A stretch of 45,747 nucleotides of DNA from Rhodobacterales bacterium (lineage in GTDB: Bacteria; Pseudomonadota; Alphaproteobacteria; Rhodobacterales; Rhodobacteraceae): NCBI GenBank assembly GCA_014763725.1, contig JACXUX010000001.1:1-45747 (forward strand), in the 5' to 3' direction. The notes under the pieces were generated by a model that made no database searches, was not told the origin of the DNA, and worked only from the letters and a program-made list of their open reading frames with translations. Shown here in pieces: positions 1-9,173 of the stretch. The number at the start of each line of letters is the position of its first letter. The stretch's first letter is position 1. Made by a program: the position numbers and the translations under genes.

Positions 1-9
1 GGGGGGGCG

Positions 10-819
10 ATGGACGGAACCGGGGACTTTCAGGCGGATCTGGCGGCGCTGGCCTGGCTGATCGAGCTGGGCGCGGATGAGGCGATCGGCGATCTGCCGG
101 TCGACCGCTATGCCCTGCCCGGGACCGCCGCCGATCCGCGCCCACCGGCGGCGGCCCGCGCCGTGGCGCCCGCGCCCGCGGCGGACCCCGCGCCGCCCGT
201 CGCACCGCCCGCGGGCGACCCTGTCGCCGTGGCGCGCGCCCTGGCCGCGGGGGCGGTCAGCCTGGACGCCCTGCGCGCGGCGCTGGCCGCCTATGACCAC
301 TGCGCGCTGAAGCTGGGCGCGCGCAACCTGGTCTTTGCCGATGGCGACCCGCGGGCGCGCGTGCTGATCCTGGGCGAGGCGCCGGGCCGGGACGAGGATC
401 TGGAGGGCCGCCCCTTTGTCGGCCGCGCGGGCCAGCTGCTGGACCGGATGCTGGCCGCGATCGGGCTGTCGCGGACGGCGGCCGATCCGGCGCAGGCCGT
501 CTACATCACCAATGTGATGCCCTGGCGGCCGCCGCAGAACCGCGACCCCGAACCGGCCGAGATTGCGATGATGCTGCCCTTCGTGGCGCGTCATGTCGAT
601 CTGGCGGACCCGGCGCTGATCGTTCTGATGGGCAATACCTCCTGCGCGGCGGCGCTGGGCCAGCGCGGCATCACGCGGCTGCGCGGCGGCTGGACCACGG
701 CCTTCGGCCGGCCCGCGCTGCCGATGTTCCACCCCGCCTATCTGCTGCGCACCCCGTCCGCCAAGCGCGAGGCCTGGGCCGACCTGCTGGCGCTGAAGGC
801 GCGGCTGTCCGAGGGCTGA
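10..819 (+). CDS. Uracil-DNA glycosylase, family 4
   Basis: 269-aa ORF with family-4 UDG motifs GEAPGRDEDLEGRPFVGRAGQLL and HPAYLLR. The ATG at 10 is close to the window edge, so the true start could lie upstream. Confidence 0.8.
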   Translation: MDGTGDFQADLAALAWLIELGADEAIGDLPVDRYALPGTAADPRPPAAARAVAPAPAADPAPPVAPPAGDPVAVARALAAGAVSLDALRAALAAYDHCALKLGARNLVFADGDPRARVLILGEAPGRDEDLEGRPFVGRAGQLLDRMLAAIGLSRTAADPAQAVYITNVMPWRPPQNRDPEPAEIAMMLPFVARHVDLADPALIVLMGNTSCAAALGQRGITRLRGGWTTAFGRPALPMFHPAYLLRTPSAKREAWADLLALKARLSEG

Positions 820-888
820 AGCGCGGCGGGCAAGGATTTCCTGCGGTCCGGGCGCAGCCCCGGGGTCGCACCACAGAAGGGCAGAACC

Positions 889-1431
889 ATGGGCCGGATC
901 GACGAAAGCAAGACCTTCATCCCCGTCCGCATCGCGGTGCTGACGGTCAGCGACACCCGCAGCCTGGCCGAGGACCGGTCGGGCGACACGCTGGTCGAAC
1001 GGCTGACGGCGGCGGGCCACATTCTGGCCGCCCGCGTCATCCTGCCCGACGAACGCGACGAGATCGCCGACCAGCTGCGCGCCTGGTGCGCCGACCCCGC
1101 CATCGACGTGGTGCTGACCACCGGCGGGACCGGCCTGACCGGGCGCGACGTGACGATCGAGGCGCATCGCGACGTCTATGAAAAGGAGATCGAGGCCTTT
1201 GGCACGGTCTTCACCATCGTCTCGATGCAGAAGATCGGCACCTCGGCCGTGCAGAGCCGCGCCACGGGCGGCGTGGCGCAGGGGACCTATCTGTTCGCCC
1301 TGCCGGGCAGCCCCGGCGCCTGCCGCGACGCCTGGGACGAAATCCTGGTCTGGCAGCTGGACTATCGCCACCGGCCCTGCAACTTCGTGGAAATCCTGCC
1401 GCGGCTGGACGAACATCAGCGCCGCAAGTGA
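889..1431 (+). CDS. moaB: Molybdenum cofactor biosynthesis protein B (MoaB/MogA family)
   Basis: 180-aa ORF with AGAAGG RBS at 875-880. MoaB-like segments IAVLTVSDTRS, LTTGGTGLTGRDVT and LPGSPGA. Confidence 0.75.
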   Translation: MGRIDESKTFIPVRIAVLTVSDTRSLAEDRSGDTLVERLTAAGHILAARVILPDERDEIADQLRAWCADPAIDVVLTTGGTGLTGRDVTIEAHRDVYEKEIEAFGTVFTIVSMQKIGTSAVQSRATGGVAQGTYLFALPGSPGACRDAWDEILVWQLDYRHRPCNFVEILPRLDEHQRRK

Positions 1432-1463
1432 CGGCGGGTCCCCGGGGGCGGGTCCACGGGGGA

Positions 1464-2261
1464 TCAGCGCGCGGCGGGGCAGCCCTCGATCTCGACCGCG
1501 CGGCCCTCGGCCAGCACGACGACCAGCAGCGCGCCGCGATCCAGCGCAAAGGGCTGGCCCGAGGGCGCGACCATCTCGGCCACGGCGGTCAGGCGGGTTC
1601 CCTGGCGGTCGGTCTGCGCCTCGGCCACCCAGATGTCGGGGTCATCCGGGTCCAGGACCACGGTTTCCTCGCGCCCCGCGGCGGCCATGTCGATCGTGGC
1701 GGTCACCCGCAGCCCGTCGGCGATGGGGTCGACCTGGCAGGTGACGCCGCGCACCCCGGCCTCGGCCGCGGTGTCGGGCCGGTCGGCCAGCGCCGCGCGG
1801 ATCGCCGGATCAGGCGCCCCGGGCCCGGCCAGCTCGGCGGCCAGCGACAGGGCGGCGGGCACACAGATGTCGTGGCAGACGCCCAGATCGACCTGCGCGC
1901 GCAGCACCACCGGGCGGGCGGGATCGCGCGGCGTCACCTCGATCGGCAGGACCACCTCGCGCCGATAGCCGATGGTCTGCATGCCATTCAGGTGGAACAC
2001 CTCGGGCCGTGGCCAGTGGACGCGCACCGCGCCCAGGTTTTCCGACCCCGACCAGTCGAATTCGGGCGGGATGCCGGCATCGCCGGGACGGCGCCAGTAG
2101 GTCTTCCACTCGGGTGCCAGAGTCAGGCGCAGGGCGGCCATGCGGGTGCCGTCCGGCATGCGCCAGCCGGGCAGAAGTTCCGCGCGCAGCATGTCGGTCT
2201 GGGCCCGGGCAGGGCCGGGCAGCGACAGCAGGGCGATCAGGATCAGGGCGACAGCTTTCAT
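1464..2261 (-). CDS. DsbD N-terminal-domain-like (thiol:disulfide interchange) periplasmic protein
   Basis: 265-aa ORF with signal peptide MKAVALILIALLSLPGPARA. WKTYWRRPGDAGIPPEFDW and GVCHDICVP segments resemble DsbD/ScsB N-terminal-domain proteins. Confidence 0.55.
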   Translation of the reverse strand: MKAVALILIALLSLPGPARAQTDMLRAELLPGWRMPDGTRMAALRLTLAPEWKTYWRRPGDAGIPPEFDWSGSENLGAVRVHWPRPEVFHLNGMQTIGYRREVVLPIEVTPRDPARPVVLRAQVDLGVCHDICVPAALSLAAELAGPGAPDPAIRAALADRPDTAAEAGVRGVTCQVDPIADGLRVTATIDMAAAGREETVVLDPDDPDIWVAEAQTDRQGTRLTAVAEMVAPSGQPFALDRGALLVVVLAEGRAVEIEGCPAAR

Positions 2262-2388
2262 GGGATGCAGATAGGCACGGCGCCCGGGCGACGGAAATCA
2301 CATTTGGGCGACGTTCCGGCGCGTGTGACATCGCCGGGTCTTGAGATGGCGGCCGCCCGGGTCCATCCTGCCGCCGCAGGAGGCGCCC

Positions 2389-2943
2389 ATGGATCTGGCC
2401 GGCAAGATACTGATCGCGATGCCCGGCCTGGGCGACCCGCGCTTTGACCGCAGCGTGGTGCTGATCTGCGCCCATTCGCCCGAGGGCGCGATGGGTCTGA
2501 TCGTGAACAAGCCGATGGCCGAGATCGGCTTTGCCGCGCTGCTGGACCAGCTGGAGATCCCCCGCACGCCCGAGGCGCAGGTGCTGGCGGTGCATTTCGG
2601 CGGGCCGGTGGAACGCGGGCGGGGATTCGTGCTGCATTCGCGCGACTACACCTCGGGGCGGGCGACGATGCAGGTGCCGGGCGGCTATGGCATGACGGCC
2701 ACGATCGACATCCTGGCCGCGCTGGCCCGCGGGCAGGGCCCGTCGCGCGCGATCCTGGCGCTGGGCTATGCCGGCTGGGGCCCCGGCCAGCTGGAGTCCG
2801 AGATCCGCCGCAACGACTGGCTGACGGCCGAGGCGCCGGCCGATCTGGTCTTTGCGGCCGACGACAGCGGCAAGTGGACGGCCGCGCTGCGGCGCATGGG
2901 CATCGACCCGCTGACCCTGTCGGCCGCCGCCGGCCGGGCCTGA
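2389..2943 (+). CDS. YqgE/AlgH family protein (UPF0301)
   Basis: ATG at 2389 preceded by GCAGGAGG. N-terminus MDLAGKILIAMPGLGDPRFDRSVVLICAHSPEGAMGLIVNKP is typical of YqgE/AlgH. The track ORF start at 2341 is a TTG extension. Confidence 0.8.
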   Translation: MDLAGKILIAMPGLGDPRFDRSVVLICAHSPEGAMGLIVNKPMAEIGFAALLDQLEIPRTPEAQVLAVHFGGPVERGRGFVLHSRDYTSGRATMQVPGGYGMTATIDILAALARGQGPSRAILALGYAGWGPGQLESEIRRNDWLTAEAPADLVFAADDSGKWTAALRRMGIDPLTLSAAAGRA

Positions 2944-2944
2944 C

Positions 2945-2991
2945 GCCGGTTCCTTGCAAGGAACCGGCCCGATTTCTTGAAAGAAATCGGG
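2945..2991. terminator. Two tandem perfect hairpins between convergent genes (probable bidirectional terminators)
   Basis: GCCGGTTCCT-TGCA-AGGAACCGGC (2945-2968, 10-bp stem) is immediately followed by CCCGATTTCTT-GA-AAGAAATCGGG (2968-2991). Both lie in the 72-nt gap between yqgE (+) and the aldehyde dehydrogenase (-). Confidence 0.5.
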
Positions 2992-3015
2992 CGTCGCGTG
3001 ACGGGGGCGGGGGCG

Positions 3016-5367
3016 CTATTCGCCCCAGGGGATCCAGATTGTCTTGATCTCGGTCGCGGCGCGGCGGAACTCGGGGCCTTCGCCGTCGGGGCCCCACCAG
3101 TCGCGGGCGCGGCCGTGGTTCACCCAGGTGCGTTTCAGGTTGGTGACGGACCCTGCCTCGATCATCCCCGACAGGGGCGCCGCGCCAAAGCACCAGAGGG
3201 CATCGACCTCCATGTGCCCGGCCAGCGCGCGGGCGAGTTCGGCCGCCTCGCCCGTGACGAAGTTCACCGTTCCCCCCGGCACGTCGGAGGTGTCCAGCAG
3301 CGGGTAAAGCTCTGCCGCGACCAGCGGCGTGGCCTGCGAGGGCACGATCACGCAGGCATTGCCGAAGGCCAGCGCCGGGCCCAGGATCGAGACGGCGCCC
3401 AGCAGCGGCGCCTCGTCCGGCGCGATGGCGCCGATCACGCCCACGGGTTCGGGGATGGCCAGCGCGATGCCGCGCATCGGCACGGGCTTGGTCGCGCCCT
3501 CCAGCTTGTCGGCCCAGGCGGCCCAGGTGAACAGGCGGCGGACGGCGGCCTGCACCTCGGCCGTGCCGTCGCGGCCGGTCATCGCGGCCAGGCCGCGGGC
3601 CAGGTCGTCGCCGCGCGCGGCCAGGTTCTCGGCCAGGTAATACAGCACCTGCGCCCGGCCATGCGCGGTCTGGCGCGCCCAGCCGCGCTGGGCGGCCACG
3701 GCGGCCTCGACCGCGTTGCGGATGTCCTTGCGGTTGCCCAGCGGCACATGGCCCAGCAGCGCGCCGCGCGGCGACCAGACGGGGCGGCAATAGCCGCCAT
3801 CGGGGCGCACCTGCCTGCCGCCGATGTAGAGTTTCGCGGTCCGGTCGATCCCCTCGACCAGCGGTTCGGCCGGGGCTGCTGGGGTGGGCGCCGGCTTCGG
3901 CGGTTTGCCGGCCGGCCGGTCGGGGCGCAGCCAGGCCAGCAGCCCCTCGCGCCCGCCTTCGCGGCCAAAGCCCGATTCGCGCATCCCGCCGAAACCTGCC
4001 GCGGCATCGAACATGTTGGTGCCGTTCACCCAGACCACGCCCGCGCGCAGCCTGGGCGCCACGTCCAGCGCCAGGTTCAGGTTCTCGGTCCAGACGCTGG
4101 CGGCCAGGCCATAGCGGGTGTTGTTGGCCAGCTCGACCGCCTCGGCCGGAGTGCGGAAGGTGGTCGAGACCAGCACCGGCCCGAAGATTTCGTCCTGCAT
4201 CAGGGGCGAGGCGGGCGACAGCCCCGCGATCAGCGTGGGTGGATAGTAGCAGCCCTGCGCGGGCAGGGGGCAGGCGGCCACATGGCGGTCGCCGCCCGGT
4301 TCACCCGCCACCAGCGCCGCCACGCGGTCGCGCTGGACCGGGTCGGCCATGGCGCCCATGTCGATGCACTTGTCCAGCGGATCGCCCAGGCGCAGCCCGT
4401 CCATCCGCGCGCGCACCTTCGCGTGCACGCGGTCGGCGACACCTTCCTGCACCAGCAGGCGGCTGCCCGCGCAGCAGACCTGGCCCTGGTTGAACCAGAT
4501 CGCATCGACCAGCCCCTCGACCGCGCTGTCCAGGTCGGCATCGTCGAAGACCACGAACGGCGACTTGCCGCCCAGTTCCAGCGTCAGCGCCTTGCCCGTG
4601 CCGGCGGTGGCGGCGCGGATGGCGCGGCCCACCTCGGTCGAGCCGGTAAAGGCCACCTTGGCCACATCCGGGTGCGCCACCACCGCGGCCCCGGTCGCCC
4701 CGTCGCCGGTGACGACGTTCAGCACGCCGCGGGGCAGGCCCGCCTGGCGCGACAGTTCGGCAAACAGCAGCGCGGTCAGCGGCGTCCATTCCGCAGGCTT
4801 CAGCACCAGCGTGCAGCCCGCGGCCAGCGCGGGCGCCACCTTCCAGGCCAGCATCAGCAACGGGAAGTTCCAGGGGATCACCGCCCCGCCCACGCCGACG
4901 GGGGCCAGGCCCGGAAACTCCTGCTCGAACAGCTGGGCCAGGCCAGCGTGATAATAGAAGTGCCGCGCCACCAGCGGCACGTCGATGTCGCGCGATTCGC
5001 GGACCGGCTTGCCGCTGTCCAGCGTTTCCAGCACCGCCAGCAGGCGCACGTTCTTCTGCACCAGGCGGGCCAGCGCATAGAGGATGCGCGCCCGTTCATG
5101 CCCCGGCATGCGCGCCCAGCGGCCCTGGGCGCGTTTCGCCGCCGCCACGGCCGCGTCGACATCCCCCGCCGTGCCCTGGGTCACCTGGGCCAGATCGGCC
5201 CCGGTGGCCGGGTTGCGCGTGGCAAAGGTCGCGCCCGGCGCGGTGAAACGCCCGTCGATCCAGTGGCCGAACCGGCCCTGGTGGCCCGCGATCCAGGCCA
5301 GCGCCTCGGCCGCGCTTTCGGGGGCGGGGCCATAGTCCATGCGGTCGAAGATGTCGCGGATTGTCAT
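3016..5367 (-). CDS. Aldehyde dehydrogenase family protein, double-module (complete ALDH plus C-terminal partial ALDH-like module)
   Basis: 783-aa ORF. The N-terminal module has the catalytic motifs LELGGKSP and NQGQVCCAGSRL plus FTGSTEVG. A Pro/Ala linker PAGKPPKPAPTPAAPAEP follows. The C-terminal ~270 aa resemble an ALDH NAD-binding half without those catalytic motifs. Confidence 0.85.
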   Translation of the reverse strand: MTIRDIFDRMDYGPAPESAAEALAWIAGHQGRFGHWIDGRFTAPGATFATRNPATGADLAQVTQGTAGDVDAAVAAAKRAQGRWARMPGHERARILYALARLVQKNVRLLAVLETLDSGKPVRESRDIDVPLVARHFYYHAGLAQLFEQEFPGLAPVGVGGAVIPWNFPLLMLAWKVAPALAAGCTLVLKPAEWTPLTALLFAELSRQAGLPRGVLNVVTGDGATGAAVVAHPDVAKVAFTGSTEVGRAIRAATAGTGKALTLELGGKSPFVVFDDADLDSAVEGLVDAIWFNQGQVCCAGSRLLVQEGVADRVHAKVRARMDGLRLGDPLDKCIDMGAMADPVQRDRVAALVAGEPGGDRHVAACPLPAQGCYYPPTLIAGLSPASPLMQDEIFGPVLVSTTFRTPAEAVELANNTRYGLAASVWTENLNLALDVAPRLRAGVVWVNGTNMFDAAAGFGGMRESGFGREGGREGLLAWLRPDRPAGKPPKPAPTPAAPAEPLVEGIDRTAKLYIGGRQVRPDGGYCRPVWSPRGALLGHVPLGNRKDIRNAVEAAVAAQRGWARQTAHGRAQVLYYLAENLAARGDDLARGLAAMTGRDGTAEVQAAVRRLFTWAAWADKLEGATKPVPMRGIALAIPEPVGVIGAIAPDEAPLLGAVSILGPALAFGNACVIVPSQATPLVAAELYPLLDTSDVPGGTVNFVTGEAAELARALAGHMEVDALWCFGAAPLSGMIEAGSVTNLKRTWVNHGRARDWWGPDGEGPEFRRAATEIKTIWIPWGE

Positions 5368-5370
5368 GGC

Positions 5371-6294
5371 CTAGCCCATCGGATGGCGGTTGGCGGCCGA
5401 ATACTGGCCGGTCACATGGTGTTCCAGCTGCCGTTCGATATCGCCCAGCAGGGATGAGGCGCCAAAGCGGAACAGGTCGGGCTGCAGCCAGGGGTGGCCC
5501 AGTTCGTCCTTCATCAGCGACAGGTAGACCAGCGCATCCTTGGCCTTGGAAATCCCGCCCGCCGGCTTGTAGCCCACGCGAAAGCCGGTGCGGTCCTGAT
5601 AGGCGCGGATCGCGCGGACCATCGTCAGGCTGACGGGCAGGGTGGCGTTCACGGCCTCTTTCCCGGTCGAGGTCTTGATGAAATCGGCCCCCGCCATCAT
5701 GCACACCAGGCTCGCGCGCGCCACGTTGCGCAGACTGCCCAGTTCGCCCGTGGCCAGGATCGCCTTGACATGCGCGGCCCCGCAGGCGGCGCGCATCTCG
5801 GCCATCTCGTCATACAGCGCCTGCCAGTTGCCGGTCAGCACATGGCGGCGGCTGATGACGATGTCGATTTCCGCAGCCCCCGCCGCGACGCTGGCGCGGA
5901 TCTCGGCGATCCGCGTGGCCCAGGGCGACAGACCCGCGGGAAAGCCCGTGGACACCGCTGCGACCGGGATCCCCGCGCCCTCCAGCGCGCGCAGGGCGGG
6001 TTCGATCATCTCGTGATAGACGCAGACCGCGCCCACGGTCAGCCCCTGCATCCCCAGCGCCTGCAGCAGGTCGGGGCGGACGGGCTGGCGCGCCTTGGCG
6101 CAGAGCCGGCGCACCCGGCCCGGCGTGTCGTCGCCCGACAGGGTGGTCAGGTCGATCAGGCTGACGGCCTTGCACAGCCAGGCGGCCTGCCAGTCCTTTT
6201 TCACGCTGCGGCGGCCGGGCAGGCTGGCGCAGCGGCGCTCGATCGCGCTGGTATTGGCCTGGACGGCGGCGACCCAGTCCAGATCCAGCGGCAT
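5371..6294 (-). CDS. deoC: Deoxyribose-phosphate aldolase
   Basis: DeoC-like sequence runs from MPLDLDW (ATG at 6294) and includes FIKTSTGK with the Schiff-base lysine context. The TAG stop lies 3 nt upstream of the ALDH start. The longer track ORF to 6597 is Pro/Arg-rich and would overlap phaG. Confidence 0.8.
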   Translation of the reverse strand: MPLDLDWVAAVQANTSAIERRCASLPGRRSVKKDWQAAWLCKAVSLIDLTTLSGDDTPGRVRRLCAKARQPVRPDLLQALGMQGLTVGAVCVYHEMIEPALRALEGAGIPVAAVSTGFPAGLSPWATRIAEIRASVAAGAAEIDIVISRRHVLTGNWQALYDEMAEMRAACGAAHVKAILATGELGSLRNVARASLVCMMAGADFIKTSTGKEAVNATLPVSLTMVRAIRAYQDRTGFRVGYKPAGGISKAKDALVYLSLMKDELGHPWLQPDLFRFGASSLLGDIERQLEHHVTGQYSAANRHPMG

Positions 6295-6475
6295 GCCGGG
6301 GTTGCGGCCCGGACGGCTGTGGGTCTGCGGCACAAGGTCGGTGCCGACGGACGGATGGGCCAGGTCGGGGGGCGGGGGCTGGGTCTGCACGGGGCGCGCC
6401 TTTCGCAAGTGTGCGCAAGGTGGCACAGCCCGCCGCAGCGGGCAAGCGGGACGGGGGCGATCCTTGACCGGATGG

Positions 6476-6871
6476 TCAGCTTTCGGCGGCGGGCCCGTCC
6501 TGGCGCGCGGCGGCCTGGGCGTCGGTTTCCAGCGTGGCCCAGGGCGCGCCGGTCGCGCTGGGCGGGCGGGTTTCCTGGCCGCGGCTGCGGTGGACATAGG
6601 CCTTGGCGATCAGGTTCGCGGTCAGCGGCGCCGACAGCAGCAGGAACAGCGTGATCAGCAGTTCATGCCAGGTGAAGGTGCCCTGAAACACCAGGAAATA
6701 GACCATGGACCCGATCAGCGCCGTGCCCACGCCCACCGTGGTGGCCTTGGTCGGCGCATGCAGGCGCGTCATCGTGTCGGGCAGCTTCAGCAGGCCCAGG
6801 TTGCCCGCCAGCCCGAACAGCGCCCCCACCACCAGCAGGGCCGAGATCAGGAGTTCCGCGATCAGGGTCAT
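6476..6871 (-). CDS. phaG: Monovalent cation/H+ antiporter subunit G (Pha/Mrp/Mnh)
   Basis: 131-aa membrane protein with NLGLLKLPDTMTRLHAPTKATTVG, typical of MnhG/PhaG. Last gene of the operon. Confidence 0.8.
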   Translation of the reverse strand: MTLIAELLISALLVVGALFGLAGNLGLLKLPDTMTRLHAPTKATTVGVGTALIGSMVYFLVFQGTFTWHELLITLFLLLSAPLTANLIAKAYVHRSRGQETRPPSATGAPWATLETDAQAAARQDGPAAES

Positions 6872-6878
6872 GCCAGCC

Positions 6879-7148
6879 TCATTCGATGATGTCGCCGCGC
6901 AACAGATACTTGCAGTAGACGACGGTGCCCAGGAAGCCGGTCATGGCGAACAGCAGCGCCGCCTCGAAGTTCAGGCCCGACCCGGTGTGGATGCCATACA
7001 GCACGATCAGCGCGATCACGTTGATCGTCATGGTGTCGACGGCCAGGATCCGGTCGATCATGGAACTGGACCGCAGCGCCAGCCACAGATTGGCCAGCAG
7101 TCCCAGGCCGAAACAGCCCATGGCAAAGGCGGCGGCGATCTGGATCAT
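6879..7148 (-). CDS. phaF: Monovalent cation/H+ antiporter subunit F
   Basis: 89-aa hydrophobic protein starting MIQIAAAFAMG (ATG at 7148), overlapping the phaE stop in an ATGA. The upstream part of track ORF 6879..7430 is out-of-context Arg/Gly-rich sequence. Confidence 0.75.
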   Translation of the reverse strand: MIQIAAAFAMGCFGLGLLANLWLALRSSSMIDRILAVDTMTINVIALIVLYGIHTGSGLNFEAALLFAMTGFLGTVVYCKYLLRGDIIE

Positions 7149-7633
7149 TCGAAAATCCTCTTCAGCCGGGCTTCGTAGCGCGACTTGATGTCGTCGCGGG
7201 TGGCGTCCGCGTCGTCGGTGTGCAGCGTATGGATCAGCAGGCTGCGCCCGTCGGCGGCGATGTCGGCGGTCAGCGTGCCGGGCGTCATGGTGATGGTGCC
7301 GGCCAGCACGGTGATCGCCTCGGGGCTGGTCAGGTCCAGCGGCACGGTGAACCACGCGGGTTTCAGCCGACTGACCGGCCAGAACACGATCATCCGCGCG
7401 ACCTGCACGTTGGCCACCACGATGTCCCAAAGCACCAGCGCCACATAGGCCATGGCCGCGGGCCAGTTGCGGATGCGCGGCCGGTCGGGCCAGTAGGGCG
7501 CGGTCAACAGCGGGATCAGGATCGCCAGGATCGCGGCCATGACCAGGCTGCCCGCCTTGACGCTGTTGACCAGCAGAAGCCAGATCGCGAACAGCATCGC
7601 CGACAGATAGGGGTGGGGGAAGATCCTGCGCAT
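7145..7633 (-). CDS. phaE: Monovalent cation/H+ antiporter subunit E
   Basis: 162-aa ORF. The MnhE-like segment ITMTPGTLTADI and its operon position between subunits D and F support the call. Confidence 0.75.
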   Translation of the reverse strand: MRRIFPHPYLSAMLFAIWLLLVNSVKAGSLVMAAILAILIPLLTAPYWPDRPRIRNWPAAMAYVALVLWDIVVANVQVARMIVFWPVSRLKPAWFTVPLDLTSPEAITVLAGTITMTPGTLTADIAADGRSLLIHTLHTDDADATRDDIKSRYEARLKRIFE

Positions 7634-7634
7634 C

Positions 7635-9173
7635 TCAACCCTCCGGCGGCAGGGCTTGGGCGACGGGGCGCGCGTTCAGCACGGCGTCGAGATAGGGGCT
7701 GCGGGCGTGCAACTCGTCCGCCGTGGCGCCGATCCAGTCCATCGCGGGGCCGGCCAGCACCGTCAGCGCGACCAGCCCCGCCAGCAGCAGGCCCAGGGCG
7801 GCAAAGGCCCAGGGCTCGGCCGGGTGCGGGGCGGGCTCGGCAGGGCTCTGGTGGGCCTTCCAGAACACCAGGCTGCCCGCGCGGGCCAGTCCCAGGATGG
7901 TCAGGAAGCTGGTGACCAGCACGACCGACCAGACCCAGCTTTGGACCGGGCCGCGCGCGGCATCGAGGATCAGCAGCTTGCCCAGAAAACCCGACAGCGG
8001 CGGCATCCCCGCCATGGCGATCGCCCCGGCAAAGAAGACCGCGGCGATCAGCCCGCCCTGGGCGATGGGCGGGGCCACCAGGTCCAGCCCGTCGCCGCCG
8101 CGCCGGTCGCGCACCAGATCGACGGCCAGGAACAGCGCGGCGGCGGCCAGCGTGGAATGCAGCGTGTAGTAGATCGCGGCAGCCGTCGCCTGGGGCGTGC
8201 CCAGCGCCACGGCCGTGAACAGCGTGCCCATCGAGGCCAGCGCCGCAAAGGCCACGGCCCGGCCCAGCGTGCGCGCCCCCAGCACCCCCAGCGCCCCCAC
8301 GACCAGCGTGGCCAGCGCCGCGGGCATCAGCAGGGTTTCCACCATCGGCCCGATCGCGGCGGTCGTTTCGGGGAACACGGTCAGGTGGAACCGGATCACC
8401 GCATAGGCGCCGACCTTGGTCATCACCGCAAACAGCGCCGCCACCGGCCCCGGCGCCGCGGCATAGGTGCCGGGCAGCCAGAACTGCAGCGGCAGCAGCG
8501 CCCCCTTGACCGCAAAGACCAGGAACAGCAGCACGACGGCCACGCGCAGCATCGCGCCCTCGCCCGCGGGCAGGGCGGCCGCGCGCACCGCGATGTCGGC
8601 CATCGTCAGCGACCCCAGCACGGAATAGAGCGTGGCCAGCGCGGTCAGGAACAGCGTCGAGCCGACCAGGTTGAAGGCGATGTACTGCACCCCCGCCTTC
8701 AGCCGCGCGCCGCCGCCGCCATGGATCATCAGCCCGTAGCTGGCGATCAGCAGCACCTCGAAGAAGACGAACAGGTTGAAGGCGTCGCCCGTCAGGAAGG
8801 CGCCCGACAGGCCCATCATCTGGAACTGCATCAGCGCGTGGAAATGCCGCCCGCGCGTGTCCCAGCCCGTCGCCACGGCATAGACGGTGACGGCCAGCGC
8901 CAGCCCCGCCTGCAGCGCCACCATCAGCGCCGACAGCCGGTCCAGCACCAGCAGGATGCCGAAGGGCACCGGCCAGTCGCCCAGCAGATAGACCTGCGGC
9001 GGCCCGGAACTGGCCGCGGCCAGGTTGCCCAGCGCCACCGCCAGCAGCGCCACCATCCCCGCCGTTCCGAACACCCGCTGCAGCCACAGGTCGTGCCGCA
9101 AGGCCAGCACCAGGAACGCGCCCAGCATCGCGGGCAGCACCACGGGCGCGATGATCCAGTGGCTCGCCATCAT
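7635..9173 (-). CDS. phaD: Monovalent cation/H+ antiporter subunit D (NuoN/NuoM-like)
   Basis: 512-aa polytopic membrane protein with proton-pump-type antiporter similarity (FFEVLLIASYGLM, LFLVFAVKGALLPLQFWLP). Confidence 0.85.
   Translation of the reverse strand: MMASHWIIAPVVLPAMLGAFLVLALRHDLWLQRVFGTAGMVALLAVALGNLAAASSGPPQVYLLGDWPVPFGILLVLDRLSALMVALQAGLALAVTVYAVATGWDTRGRHFHALMQFQMMGLSGAFLTGDAFNLFVFFEVLLIASYGLMIHGGGGARLKAGVQYIAFNLVGSTLFLTALATLYSVLGSLTMADIAVRAAALPAGEGAMLRVAVVLLFLVFAVKGALLPLQFWLPGTYAAAPGPVAALFAVMTKVGAYAVIRFHLTVFPETTAAIGPMVETLLMPAALATLVVGALGVLGARTLGRAVAFAALASMGTLFTAVALGTPQATAAAIYYTLHSTLAAAALFLAVDLVRDRRGGDGLDLVAPPIAQGGLIAAVFFAGAIAMAGMPPLSGFLGKLLILDAARGPVQSWVWSVVLVTSFLTILGLARAGSLVFWKAHQSPAEPAPHPAEPWAFAALGLLLAGLVALTVLAGPAMDWIGATADELHARSPYLDAVLNARPVAQALPPEG

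Noticed and set aside
5371-6597. Upstream in-frame extensions offered by the ORF track: deoC to 6597, phaF to 7430, phaC to 9595, phaA to 12518, EamA to 13740, ade from 13247, adaptor from 15304, secE from 19069, rpoB from 23050, EamA from 32450, rpsL from 36047, hydrolase from 40729.
   Set aside because: The extensions are Pro/Arg-rich, overlap neighbouring genes or terminators, and lack family similarity. Internal starts with RBS-like sequences, or ATGA/GTGA coupling to the preceding gene, fit the conserved N-termini.
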